Part shown: in pieces, positions 36,296 through 49,729 of the stretch | Layout: each line of letters starts with the position of its first letter | Numbering within the stretch: the stretch's first letter is position 1 | NCBI RefSeq assembly: GCF_004010195.1 | Contig: NC_057749.1 | Coordinates: 25,211,248 to 25,275,247, forward strand | Reading direction: 5' to 3' | Length of the DNA stretch: 64,000 nt | From: Chiloscyllium plagiosum | Lineage: Eukaryota | Made by a program: the position numbers and the translations under genes | Notes under the pieces: model-generated | Database searches by the model: none | Told to the model about the DNA's origin: nothing | Seen by the model: only the letters and a program-made list of their open reading frames with translations

Positions 36296-37780
36296 CTGCA
36301 GTCATCATTGGTCACTCTGCACCTGTGTTACTACATTAAAGGCACTATACAAATGCAGTGGCCCATCAAACCTGGGCACTGTCACAGAATCAAATTTTTA
36401 AGGCTGTGTAATTGACTTTTGCGTAATCATCTTTAATCTGGTGACATCTGTGTCGCTGGAGTACTGCAATAGAAGGATAAGAAAGTCTTATTACAGTCAG
36501 GCAGGAAACTGGACTGGTGTGTGTAACTCCACCGAGGCCAGTATCCCATCACCATGTCACTCTATTTGCACATGGACTGTAATGCTGCTTCTTCAGAGCC
36601 AGCGCTCAATGTACCAGAACCTCTGGCACTCCTATTACATTCCTGATGAAGAGCTTATGTTCGAAATGTCAACTCTCCTGCTCCAGATTACTAGGTTAAT
36701 GTATAATGCTCCTCTTTCTGTGTCTCAGTGGTTAGCTAGGGTTCTAGGTTTGATTCCTTCAGGCGACAGTCTGTGTGGAGTTTGCACATTCTCTCCGAGT
36801 CTGCGCGGGTTTCCTCCAGGTGCTCCGGTTTCCTCCCACAGTCCAAAGATGTGCAGATTAGGTTGATTGGCCATGCTCAATTAAGCGTAGTGTCCAGGGA
36901 TATGTAGGCTGTGGGGATACAGTAAGGGTCTGGGTGGGATGCTCTTTGAAGGACTTGATGGGCCATCTTTTTGTACTGTAGAGATTCTATGATTAGTTCC
37001 CTTTCCATTTCCATGCTGACAGTGGTTAAAGTGTCCAGATTGTATTAAATCCTCTCTACCAGCACTGAGCATTATTATCCTCAAGATTATAGCAAACTAG
37101 GTCTTCATCCATCTCTGCTTCAAAGGTGACAACCATAATCATATTGGCTCCTTTTCTGAAAGTCTTTCATCATTTGTTTTCTCTACACATTACCAGGTTT
37201 CCAGCGCAGTTAGAACTTTCTCAATATCACTGACTGATGTACATCAACACCTGCTACAGAAAGGTAGCTTGGGATAGGAGGCTTGGGAGATACTAGTCGA
37301 GATCTATTGGGCTGAATGGCCTGATTCTGTGTTATAGATCTTTTTTCTCTCTTTGAGAAATCTTAATGATTGAGATCAGCATGTACCACACAATTCCTAA
37401 CAAAGGCAGACAGATGAAGAGCTAAATCTCTCTGGGAATTGGCAAGAATTCCACGTGGAAGGGACCACGTGTTTTTCATTTTTAGACTGTAAACTGGAGT
37501 AGAAGTCAGATACCACTAAAACATCAGGAGTTTGGAAAAATCAAGTGGGGTAGATGCTGCGCTGTTCAAAACCAAGTTGTTTTGGAGCAATGGGTTTGCT
37601 ACAGGTTTCATAATATCATAGAATCCCTACAGTGTGGAAACAAGTCATCTTAGCCCAACAAGTCCACACCGAAAGAGTATCCCACCCAGACCCATTCCCC
37701 TACTCTATTGCTCTACATTTCCCATGATTAATGCCTACACAACCCTGAACACTATGTTAAAAATCACACAACACCAGGTT

Positions 37781-38236
37781 TGGACTCCTCCATCGCCAGA
37801 CCACAACAAAACGACGGCTGGAGGAAGAGTGCCTCATCTTCCGCCTAGGAACCCTCCAACCACAAGGGATGAACTCGGATTTCACCAGTTTCCTCATTCC
37901 CCCTCCCCCCACCTTGTCTCAGTCAAATCCATCGAATTCAGCACCGCCTTCCTAACCTGCAATCTTCTACCTGACCTCTCCGCCCCCACCCCAGTCTGAC
38001 CTATCACCCTCACCTTGACCTCTTTCCACCTATCACATTTCCGACGCCCCTCCCCCAAATCCCTCCTCCCTACCTTTTATCTTAGCCTGCTGGACAAACT
38101 TTCCTCATTCCTGAAGAAGGGCTTATGCCCGAAACGTCGATTCTCCTGTTCCCTGGATGCTGCCTGACCTGCTGCGCTTTTCCAGCAACACATTTTCAGC
38201 TCTGATCTTCAGCATCTGCAGACCTCACTTTCTCCC
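37781..38236 (+). mobile_element. Young 5'-truncated Penelope-like element (GIY-YIG C-terminus plus family A terminal unit)
   Basis: Open frame 37782-37955 GLLHRQTTTKRRLEEECLIFRLGTLQPQGMN; 12-bp TSD caacaccaggtt (37769-37780 / 38237-38248). Confidence 0.88.
38107..38142 (+). ncRNA. Minimal hammerhead ribozyme motif, intact core
   Basis: attc-CTGAAGA(38111-38117)-A-GGGC-ttat-GCCC-GAAA-CGTC-gatt. Confidence 0.78.
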
Positions 38237-40369
38237 CAACACCAGGTTATAGTCCAACAGGTTTATTTGAAAGCACTAGCTTTCGGAGTGTCGCTCCTTC
38301 ATGCTCCAAAAGCTACTGCGTCCAAATTAACCTATTGGACTATAACCTGTGTGATTTTTAACTTGGTATTCCTCAGCCCATCACCGGCTCCTACAATGCT
38401 TTGAAAGTGTGGGCAATTTAGCATGGCCACCCTGACCTCCACATCGTTGCACTGTGGGAGGAAACCCTCATCGACATGGGGAGCATGTATAAACTCCACA
38501 CGCACAGTCGCCCAAGGCTGGAATTGAACCCATGTCCCTGGAGCTGCGAGGCAGCAGTGCCAACCATTGGGCTGCCCTCCGGAAAAAAGACGCTTTAGTC
38601 CCATTCTCTGCGTTCTGCCAATCAGCCGATCCTCTCTCCATGCCTTCTGGCCTTTGAAGGAAAGAGAATTAGACCTTTCAGTTCTGGCATCATCCTGCCA
38701 GTGCAGGAAAGATGGACCGAATGGCCTCCTTCCACTCTAATAATAGTGTTTCTGTGTTTTTGTTTTGTATATTCCATACTGACTCTAAATCCTAATAATA
38801 ATAATGGGGATTAGAGCAGTCAAGCTCCTCAAGTGTGCTCTAACCAAGTTTTAATTTCAATTCTAGAGGAACAGAATTGAAAAGCATTGAGTCATATTTT
38901 GGTGGCCTCACTGACCTGCTTATTAACCCACTTCTAATGATCTGTGAATTCGGTTTTCCGCGATTAGTCTGCTTCTTGCTAAGTGCGTCTCTTACTGTCC
39001 TACCCAAAATGTGTTACTTCACAGTTCTTTCTCATGTGACAGGGAGACATTACTTATCAAAGTTATTAATATTTTCAATTAATTTTCAGCTTCGGTAGAT
39101 AAAAAGTCATTTGGAATCTTTTAATTGGCGCAGTTCATATACAAATGTAACACACACATATTACATTCTCCTCTGTCGTTACAGCTCCCTTGCAAAACAT
39201 TATCTTTGCTCATTTTTTCACTTATGACTAATAGCAACAACTCACATTGATACAGTGTCCACAGTAGCTGTGGAAATAGAGGTATACAATGCAAAAGCAA
39301 GGATATTATAGTGAATCTTTGTATAACAGGGCATTGTCTCAACTGAGTTGACCTTACATATAAGATAATCAGAGGGTTAAATGGGGTGGACAGTGAGAGC
39401 CTTTTTCCTTGGATGGTGATCGCTAGCACAAGGGGACATAACTTTAAACTCAGAGGTGATAGATATAGGACAGATGTCGGAGGTAGTTTCTTTACGCAGA
39501 GAGTAATGGGGGGGTTGGAATGGACTGCCTGCAATTGTAGTAGACTGGCCAACTTTAAGGGCATTTAAATGGCCATTGGATAAATATATGGATGAAAGTG
39601 GAATAGTGTAGGTTAGATAGGCTTCAGATTGATTCCACGGTCGGCGCAACATTTAGGGCCGAAGGGCCTGTATTGCACTGTAATGATCTATGTTCAATGT
39701 TGTACAAAGTCAGCATGCAACTGACAGGCTGAATGGCCTCCTTCTGTGCTGCAACGAGTGTATGATTCTATGATTCTAAGGATCGCAAGGTACTCTACAA
39801 GGAAAGAAGGAAATGGATGACAAAGCAGAGGGGGGTAGATTAGTAGAGGCCAAAAGAAGATTGATGTCAAAAGGTTTATAAAGATGACAAGAATGGGAGG
39901 TTTAGAATAGAACAAATAGAATAGAATAGGGTAACAATTTATTGTCACATTTATATTTTTACAAAAGAAATACAGTGAAAACTTGCTGAAGTTGCCATAC
40001 CATGGTGCTTGTATTAATGACAGAAGAGAATCTCTTCAGTGCGGAAACAGGCCATTGGGCCCAACAAGTCCACACTGACCCTCTGAAGGACATCCCACCG
40101 AGACTCACACTCCTAAACTATCCTGCGTTTCCCATGGATCATTAGACTCTTATATTCCAGATTTTCTTTTATTGAATTCAACTTCCACCATCTGCCGTGG
40201 CAGGATTTGAACCCGGTTCCACAGAACATTACCTGGGTCTCTGGGTTAACAACCCAGTGATAATACCACTAGGCCATCACCTCCCCCAAAGCATTAACTG
40301 ATTTTCTCTCTCCACAGAAGCTGCCAAACCTGCTGGGTTTCTCCAGCACTTTCTGCTTTTCTTTCAGAT

Positions 40370-41600
40370 TTGATTTGGTTTGATCTTATTTATTTATTGC
40401 TGCATGTGATTTGTTACAAACTGCAGTGAAAAGTGTTGTATGGTGTTGCTACTGTTCGGCACCATCTTAAAACACAGAAAAATAAACTGAAACATAAGGG
40501 CATAAGAATAAAGAAGTGTTCAAGTTTACAGTCCTCCTTGTTAAGTGCTCCATCATGGGACATGGTCCAGGTGTCGAGACATGAGACTCCCTCACCACGC
40601 TGTCACTGGAACAGAGGTTTCCCTGTGAGGAAAGGCTGAGGGATTTGAGGCTGTTTTCTTTAGAGAGAAGAAGGTTAAGAGGCATAATAGATACATACAA
40701 GATAATCAGAGGGTTAGACAGGATGGATAATGAGAGCCTTTTCCTCAGATGGTGATGGCTATCACGAGGGGATATTGCTTTAAATTGAGGGTTGATAGAT
40801 ATAGGACAGATGTCAGAGGTAGTTTCTTTACTCAGAAAGTAGTAGGGGCATGCAACAGTAGTAGACTCGCCAACTTTAAGGCAAAAGTGAGGACTGCAGA
40901 TGCTGGTGATCAGAGTCTAGATTAGAGTGGTGCTGGAGAAGCACAGCAGGTCAGGCAGCATCCGAGGAGCAGGAAAATCGACATTTCGGGCAAAAGCCCT
41001 TCATCAGGAATCCAGCACCACTCTAATCTAGGCTCTAATCTCGCCAACTTTAAGGACATTTAAATAGTTGTTGGATAAACATATGGGTGATAATGGAATA
41101 GTGTAGGCTGGATGGGCTTCAGATTGGCTTCACAGGTCGGCGCAACATCAAGGGCCAAAGGGCCTGTACTGTGCCAGAATGTTCTATGTTCTTTGGTGCC
41201 ATCTTTCCTCCACCAATGCCCTCGCCAATATGAGTCCTCACTGGGTCTCGCCAATGCAGATGCCACCGGGTACCACACCAGCCCAAACTCACCCCCGTCG
41301 CTGCCTCCAATGATCTGCACTGGGCACAGACGCTGTCGGGAACCCACACTGGCCTCTGCCGCAGCAGCCATTAGTCGGCACTAGGGCCACCTCATCAATG
41401 GACCCAATCTCTCTCTGCCATGCGTCTGCACTGGGCTGGTTACTGCCACTGATACCATCGCCCCGAGCTCTTCAACAAGAGGTCAGGTAAAATAAAAAAG
41501 AGAAAGAGATATTAAAAATGAGAAAGGAGAGAAAAAATAAAGAAAAGAAACTGAAAAAATGCAGACGGAGTGGAGGAACGCAGGCAGAGACGCCCTACTG
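40370..41600 (-). mobile_element. Non-coding element with Rex1-like tail and GC-rich body, interrupted by CR1 (40611-41192)
   Basis: Minus-strand end ttttcactg...cacatg...aataaa...(tcaaa)n as in Rex1 copies; T-rich and GC-rich 5' part; no ORF recognised. Confidence 0.45.
40882..41039 (-). mobile_element. PLE family A unit with intact hammerhead and 16-bp TSD
   Basis: Minus: CTGATGAAGGGCttttGCCCGAAATGTC (core 41001-41007); TSD ctcgccaactttaagg (40866-40881 / 41040-41055). Confidence 0.82.
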
Positions 41601-41869
41601 CACAGTCAGCTTTACAAACAAAAATGGATTTCCAGCATCTGCAGTATTTGGAATTGGTTTTTGGGGAAACCTCCTGCTGGGTGATTGCTTCCCCCTTACA
41701 GTGCTCAGTGTGTGACTCCCAAAACCCAAGGCCCTAACATCAGGGGCCATATCCTGCACTCAAAAGTCTGTTTGCTTTCCACTTGGTAATGGGATAAATA
41801 GGGAATGGTGAACAACAATGGACAAGAGCGGGCTGGGGGTGTAAGGACGGGGACAGGGGTTTCAATCAA

Positions 41870-42812
41870 GAGGTCATGTCATGATACCTCTAGCACAGCA
41901 GTGCTTCTATTTCCTCCGGGGGCTAAGGAAATTTGTCGCGTCCACAAGGATTCTTACCAATATTACAGAAACACCATAGAAAGCATTCTATCCAGATGGC
42001 AATTGATTAGATTAGATTCCCTACAGTATGGAAACAGGCCCTTTGGCCCAATATGTCCACACCAACCCTCGGAAGAGCAACCTGCCTCGACCCCCTGACT
42101 AATGTACTTAACACTATGGGCAATTTAGCATGGCCAATTCACCTGACCTTCACATCTTTGGATTGTGGGAGGAAACCAGAGCACACAGAGGAAACCCACG
42201 CAGACACGGGGATAATGTGCAAACTCCACACAGACAGTCACCCGAGGCTGGAATCAAACCCGGGTCCCTGGCGCTGTGAGATAGCAGTGCTAACCACTAA
42301 GCCACCATCCCACCCTTTTGTTTCATCGTCCCTCCCTCAACCTTATCCCAGATCAGATGTATGGCAACAGCTCTGCCCAGGGCCGTGAGAAACTACAGAG
42401 AGTTGTGAACACAGCCCAGTCCATCACCCAAACCAACCTTCCATCTCCATCTACACTTCTCACTGCCACAGGAAGACAGCCAACATCATCAAAGACCCCT
42501 CCCATCCCGGTTATAATCTCTCCGAACGTCTTCCGTCGGGCAGAAGGTACAGAAGCTTAAACACACAATCCATTAGATTCAAGAACAGCTCTTCCTCGCT
42601 GTTATTAGACTTTTGAATGGACTGCTCAAATTTCAAATCTAATGTTGATCTTGCTCTCTGTGCACCTTCTTTGAGCTGTAACATTGTATTCCTCACCCTG
42701 TTCTATTGCCCTGATGCACTTTGTATGGAATGATCTGCCTGTACTGCACACAAAACAAAACTTTTCACTGTACCTAGGTACACGTGACAATAATAAATCA
42801 AATCAAATCAAA
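41870..42812 (+). mobile_element. Rex1/Babar-type LINE 3' fragment interrupted by HE1 (42004-42313, -)
   Basis: YRNTIESILS...YGNSSAQGREKLQRVVNTAQSIT; (aatca)n tail. Confidence 0.85.
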
Positions 42813-43233
42813 TTAAAAACCTTCAGCCTGAGTTAGCAACCCTAATTGGGAGAGACCTTTCCAAATCTACAGTAAATGATATAAGAATGTGAATCAACAT
42901 ACAATCATAACAGGCTACCATCTTTTGTTATGAGAGGAATTAACAAAAAAAGGATTAAAGCAGTTCTTAAGGAAGGTCACACCAGACACAAAATATCAAC
43001 CCTGTTTTTCTGTTCACAGATGCTACAGACCTGTTGTGTTTTTCCAAGTACTTTCTGTTTTTATTTCACATCTGCCGTACTTTGCGTTTATAGAAGTTGT
43101 AGAAGGTGTTGGTGAGTCCACACTTCAGATGCTGTGTGCAGTTTGGGTCTCCATACTGGAGGAAAGATGTAAATGCATTGAAGGTGGTTCAGGGGAAGTT
43201 TATGAGATTGATATCTGGAATGTGTGGGTTGTT

Positions 43234-43906
43234 TTAGCAGTTAGGGTGAGGGTCAAGGTTGGAATTAAGATCATGATTAGGAATAGGGTTAGGATTATGG
43301 TTAGAGTTAGGATTAGGATTAGGGTTAGGATTATGGCTAGGGTCTGGGTTAGAGATAGGAATAGGGTTAGGACTACAGATAAAGTTTGGATTTGGTTTAG
43401 CATTAGGTTCAGGGTTAGGGTGAGGTACAAGGTTAGGATTAAGTTTAGAGTTAGGTTAAGGGTTAGGGTTAGGGTCAGGGTAAGGGTTAGGGTGAGGGTT
43501 AGGGATAGGGTTAGGGTTAGGGTTAGGTTAAATGTTAGGGCCAGGGTTAGGGTTAGATTTAGGATTACAGTTAAGGGTCAGTGTTAGTGTTAGGTTCCAG
43601 GTTAGGATCAGGTTTAGGGTTAGGTTCAGGATCTGGTTTTGAATTAGGGTCAGGATTAGGGTCTGGGTCAGGATCTGTGTTCAAGTTAGGGTCAGGATCA
43701 AAGTTAGGATTGGACAGACTGAGCAAATGTTGACTAGAATTTACAGGATAGGGTTAGGGTTAGGGTTATGTTCAGGATCAGGGTTAGAGTTAGGGTTAAG
43801 GTTAAGGTTAGGGTTTCGGGTTTGGGTTAGGGTTAGGGTTAGGTTCTGGATTCGGGTTAGGGTTAAGGTTCGGGATAGAGTTAGGTTCAGGGTCAGGGTT
43901 AGGGTT
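43234..43906 (+). repeat. Degenerate interstitial telomeric repeat (TTAGGG)n inside an old CR1 fragment (~43110-44310)
   Basis: Hexamer periodicity with many exact TTAGGG units and variants (TCAGGG, TTAGGA, TTAAGG). Confidence 0.93.
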
Positions 43907-45490
43907 GCACAGACTGAGCATATGCTGACTGGAACCTAGGGGAGTGAAGAGTGAGTTGACTGAAGCGTTTAACACTTTGTGACCTAGTGGATGTGGAAAG
44001 AATGGTTTCTCCTGTAGGTGAGTCTCAAGTAGTTTTAAAATGAGGGCTTGCCTTTTTAAAGGCAAAGTGGAAAACAAAAGCTTTTTCTCAGAGGGTTGTG
44101 AAACTTTAAAAACCCCTCTCTACCTGACAAGGCAGGTCAGGAGGGGTTATTGCATTTTTTTAATGGTGGGATAGGTAGATTCTTGCTAGACAGAAGGATC
44201 AAAGGTGAGACGGAAATGTGGAATTTGAGAAACAGAAAAACCATGACATTATTGAATAGAGTAACAGACCCGAGGGGCCGAATGGTCTAATTCTGCTACT
44301 ATTTCAGCTGTCCGTCTGCCACAATGCCATTTTTTCTCTCCTGATTGTGCCTCTTGGTTTAACCACTGGACATGTGCCTTGTCCTCTCATTCCCTGTTCA
44401 AACCTGGCTTTCACGGGGCATATTACCAGCAGATAATGAAACAAGTACCTTCAAAGACTGAGGTTTGTCAGGAGAAAATCTTATATCCAAGTGTGAAATT
44501 AAGATCAATAGGTTTTTTTGGCTGTTTATGCACCACAGGCGAGGAGTAAATAGACTTTGCACTTGATTCACAGAAAAGCCAGTCAGGAATCCTTTATATC
44601 AATATCTGCTATTGAACTGTCTATCAGAAATTCGTAATCCTCGGCATCTCTCTGACACAATCATTGACATTACTCCATTGTCTGCTCTGTGTCACTGCCA
44701 TCTCTTGAGATCTCTCTCAGCCAGCAGGAAATAACCCCAGATGGTGAAGATTCGTGTAGGTAAGGATGGCAGATTTCCTTCCCTAAAGGACATTACCAGA
44801 TGGGTTTTTAACAACGATCAGCAATGATTATATGGTCACCATTAGACATCTAATTATTTTATAATAAGGATCAGAGAGATCATGAAAACAGACCCCTCAG
44901 TCCACCTTATCCATGCTGATCCGACATCCTAAATAAACCTAGTTCCATTTGCCAGCACTTGGCCCATATCCCTTTACACCTTTCCTATTCATATACTCAT
45001 CCAGATGTCTTTTATGTGCTATAATTGTACCAGCCACTTCCTCTGGCAGCTCATTCTGTAGATGCACCACCTTCTGCACGAAAAAGTTGCCCCCCCCCCC
45101 GCCCCCCACCAAAGTCCCTTTTAAATCTTTCCCTTCTCACCTTAAATCTAGGACCTCTAGTTTTGAACTTCCCCACCCTGGGGAAAAAACCTCGACTATT
45201 CAACTTAGCCACACCCCACATGAATTTATAATTGAATTCAAATTCCTCCATGTTGGGATTTGAAACCAGACATTACCTGGATCTTTGGATTAATATTCCA
45301 GATGTAATGTCTCAAAGCCATCTCCACCAAAGCACAGTTGTCAGCATTGCTGAATGGGAATATTGATGACAGCCCTATGTACACTCTACATTCCTGTAAT
45401 TCCTGTTTCTTGTGTGCGCTCAGTTTTCATCCCTTAGTTTGCCTTCGATTGTCTAGCTTTTAAATTTAACAATTTCTTCCCTCTATGCCA

Positions 45491-45707
45491 CAGGGAGAAA
45501 GTGAGGACTGCAGATGCTGGAGATCAGAGTTGAAAAGTGTGGTGCTGGAAAAGCACAGCAGGTCAGGCAGCATCCGAGGGGCAGGAGAGTCAAAGTTTCG
45601 GGCATAAGCTCTTCATCAAGAATTGCTGATAAAGGGCTTATGCCTGAACGTCGACTCTCCTGCTCCTCGGTTACTGCCTGACTGGCTGTGCTTTTCCAGC
45701 GCCACAC
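45491..45707. mobile_element. Inverted pair of PLE family A units
   Basis: gtgtggtgctggaaaagcacagc...cttcatcaag mirrored by ctgataaagggc...gctgtgcttttccagcgccacac; imperfect TSD tttctt(cc)ctctatg.cac. Confidence 0.78.
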
Positions 45708-45897
45708 CTTTCTTCTCTATGGCACACTCTGTCCTCCTTTAACATGTTTCTTGAGACCCTATTTATTTCACCAAGCTTCCAGCTGTCTGCCTGAATGCCT
45801 CCTCTTGCAGCTCAGTGTTACGCCAGAGTGCTTGCAAAGGTTTGAGATGTTTTACAGTGTCAATGACGATTCAGAAATGTGATATTCCTCTGATTTG

Positions 45898-46178
45898 TGG
45901 GCGGCACGGTGGCGTGGGCGGCACAGTGGCACAGTGGTTAGCACTGCTGCCTCACAGCGCCAGAGACCCGGGTTCATTTCCCGCCTCAGGCGACTGACTG
46001 TGTGGAGTTTGCACAAAGATGTGCAGGTCAGGTGAATTGGCCATGCTAAATTGCCCGTAGTGTTAGGTAAGGGGTAAATGTAGGGGTATGGGTGGGTTGC
46101 GCTTCGGCGGGTCGGTGTGGACTTGTTGGGCCGAAGTGCCTTTTTCCGCACTGTAATGTAATGTAATCTAATCTAATC
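45898..46178 (+). mobile_element. HE1-type SINE with duplicated 5' end and internal deletion
   Basis: tgggcggcac.gtggc occurs twice at the head; (taatc)n tail. Confidence 0.88.
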
Positions 46179-49100
46179 TTGATGCAGCTACTACAGAGAA
46201 TAGACCACACAAGGCACTAATCTCATGAGAAGACACTGTGGGTTTGAGACAGCTGAGGTTTGAGAAGATTCGTAGCATTGTCTCACAACACTTGCCAAAA
46301 AAAGCAGAAAGTATTTTCTCCTTTAAATGGTGGTCTCCTGTAAATACAACTCATGCTTTTGGTTGCATTTTAGTCCAATATTCCTGAATTCGGACCAAAG
46401 GGCCAAAAGGGGTCAAAGGACATGGGGGGAAAGCAGGGACAGGAGGCTGAGTTGGATGATCAGCCCTGATCACATTGAATGGTGGAGCAGATTTAAAAGG
46501 CCGGATGGACTAATTCTATTTTCTGTCGGGTTTTGAAGTCAGTGAGGTTGGGGGAGGAAAGAGGCAGGAGGTGTGGTGCTGGAAAAGCACAGCCAGTCAG
46601 GCAGCATCTGAGGACCAGGAGAGTCGACGTTTTGAGCATAAGCTCTTCATCAGGAATGTGATCTCCAGCATCCACAGCCCTCATTTTCTCCAAAGTGGCT
46701 GGTGGGTTCAGTAAGGGGTGAGAGGGGGGGAGGAAATGGCAAACAAGACGAGCAATAAATACTGGCCCGGTCAGCCACGTCTAGTTCTCATGAGTGAATG
46801 AAATAAATGTCAAGTTGGAGAACACTATCCTAAGTCTCCTCCTCCTGGGTTGTGGAAGACAGACAGTCACCACTTCAGGATGGGGCACAGCATACAACTG
46901 GGGTCACTCTGACTTACATTTATGAGCTCATTGTGTGCCTGGGTGACATTGGAAAGTGGTATCCGTGGGTTACAAGTGCATTTGGCGCCTTCCACAAATG
47001 GTGGGCCTGCAGGGAACAGATGTCACAACTGCCAATGCCGATGCTATGGGCTGAATGGCCTCTTTCTACACTGCAGGGATTCTATGATGAAGACGGTAAG
47101 ATTTGGAATGAAATTAGAGTCGTTGCAAATCTTTTTGATGGTGTACGTACAAATACAGCAGCTTCACATCGTCATCCCCATTAATAAGAGCAACATTTTT
47201 TGCCTTACCTCTGGATAACATGAGTAAGCTAGCGATGAGCTGCTTTCTTGAACCTTTGCAGAATGTATGGTGTAGGGACACCCATCATGCTGTTAGGAAG
47301 CGACATTCAGAATTTTCACCCAATGACATTGAAAGAATGATCCTATGCATCAAACTTTATTTTAGCCTGCACATAAATGAACTGACACTCTCTATAAACT
47401 GGCAAAATCATATCCCTGAAATATCGGAAATTTACTGCATTATTGCATCTCCGTTTTGTCTGAGTAGTCAGTTGAGGGTGTGAATGAGATGGCTGTGTGA
47501 GTTAAGTTTTATTTGTTATTACTTAAGTAAGTTATGCTGTCAATAAAGTATAACAGTGATGTGTATATCTGCTGCATTACATTTGTATTACATAGTGTGT
47601 GGTTTTGCATTAATTATGTGGACCTCTTGATCAACCGGAATATTTGATCAATTGGTACACTCCTGGTCCCAAGGCAGCCAGTTAATAAAAAATTATAAAC
47701 TCATACAGCACAGAAGCAGACCCTTCAGTCCATGCTGAATTTAATTCCAAACGAAACTAGTCCCACCTGCCTGCTCCTGGCCCATATCCCTCCAAATTTT
47801 TCCGATTCATGTACTTATCCAAGTGTCTTTTAAATGTTGTAACTGTACCCACATCCACCACTTCCTCAGGCCGCTGTGTAAACAATTTACTCTCATGTCT
47901 TTTTTAAAATCTGTCTCCTCTCACCTTAAAAATGTGTCCTCTAGTCTTGAAAACCCCACCCTAGGGAAAAGACAGCCATCATTAACTCAATGTATACCCC
48001 TCATGATTTTATAAACCTCTATAAGGCACCCCTCAACTTCCTACGCTCCAGTGAAAAAAATCCCAGCCTAGCCAACCTTTCTTTATAACGCAAACCCTCC
48101 ATATGCAGCGACATCCTGGTAAATCTCTTCTGAACCCTCTCCAGCTTAATAATATCCATCCTATAACAGGGCGATCAAACATTCTAAATCAGGATTTGGA
48201 AGGGAACTTGGAGGTAAGGTCTCTATATGTTCCCGTCCTCCCGAACTTGCACCTCTGTCTTTTTGGATGGAAAAGGTCACAGGAATTAGAAAGTGTCATC
48301 AAAGAAAGCACAAGATAAATTTCATCAACTGATGAACTAGACCTACTGAGTTTAGATCAGAGTGGTGCTGGAAAAGCACAGCAGGTCAGGCAGCATCTGA
48401 GGAGCTGGCAAATCGACATTTCAGGTAAAAGCCCTTCATCAGGAATAGAGGAAAAGACATACTGAGACCAGTCCATGTGGAACTTAGTTTCAATAATAAC
48501 ATGTAGTTCTAAAACCTGGGAGTACATTTGGTTGATTCATTAGACAAGCCACCAATGATTGGATACTTCAAGCATCAGAGTGTTGATGGCACTTCCAGAA
48601 TATTCCAGGACCATCAGCAATTGTCCAGTCACTCCTTATATCACCAATCAATTATATCATCATCAATCTAGTCTTCAGCTTAATTTATCCACACAACCAT
48701 CCCTCATCAAAGCTGTTTAAATACACCCATGCCACAAAATTGGTCCATTCTCTACTCTTATGTTTCAAACTGATTTCAAAGCCATTTCCTTCCAGCTTTA
48801 TTAAATCTCCTCACAAAGCTACAATAATGTGACAACTTTTAATCACCACACGAGCATCCTTTGTTGCCTGGAGACACACAGAAATATCAAAGGCGCACTC
48901 TCCATGTCTGACAATCCAAGAGAAACATCAAAGCCTTAACTAGATCTAAGAGTTCTCCACTGCAGGTTTGGAAATGCAGATATGGGTAAGAAAAAGATAA
49001 GGTAAGCTCACTCCTGCCTTGATATTTTGGCAAGGTTTACAAGTGTAAAGGGCCTTTTGTAACAGAGGATTGTACCTTAAAATCATCAGGGTGAAATTTC

Positions 49101-49729
49101 TGCTCCTGTGCCTGAGGCTATCAAAAACAATGGGTTCCTCTGGTCACTGGTCTCTGTAGATTAGGTGAAGTGGTTTGCCTGTGTATTTGTGATCCTGGTG
49201 TTTGTAATTATGCTGAATTTGCAGTAATTCATCAAAGGAGTGGAGGGGAGATGGAAATTTTTATCCATCCAAAGAGTAGTATGGTCTGTAGTTCATTGGC
49301 AATTGCATTTGAATGTTTTTTTTAACTTGCAAACAAGTAACCAGTGGTGTTCTAAAAAAGGGTCACTGGACTCAAAATATTAATGCTGATTTCTCTTCAC
49401 AGATGTTGGCAGACCTGCTGAGTTTCTCTAGCACTTTGTGCAAACTATCCTTCAAAGAGGTGTATCTTTAGATATCAGCTTGATTGGCACATTATCTGTT
49501 GTGTTCCATCTAAGATACATTGGGTAGTTTCATTGTCATCAATCCTCCTTACTAGTATTAGTCTAAGCTGCCGATACTGAATGGGGAAAGATGTGCACAC
49601 AAAATCTTCAGCTCAATCATGTAAACAGAATAGGTTTATTACATAGTACTCAATAGCTACTTACACTCCATCTCCATGAGAGTCCTTTGGCCTTAAGCTT
49701 GACTTAAGACTAAGTACTTACCTCCAAGT

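Noticed and set aside
43036..44077. RV-repeat and NP-repeat ORFs (up to 183 aa)
   Set aside because: Translations of the TTAGGG array
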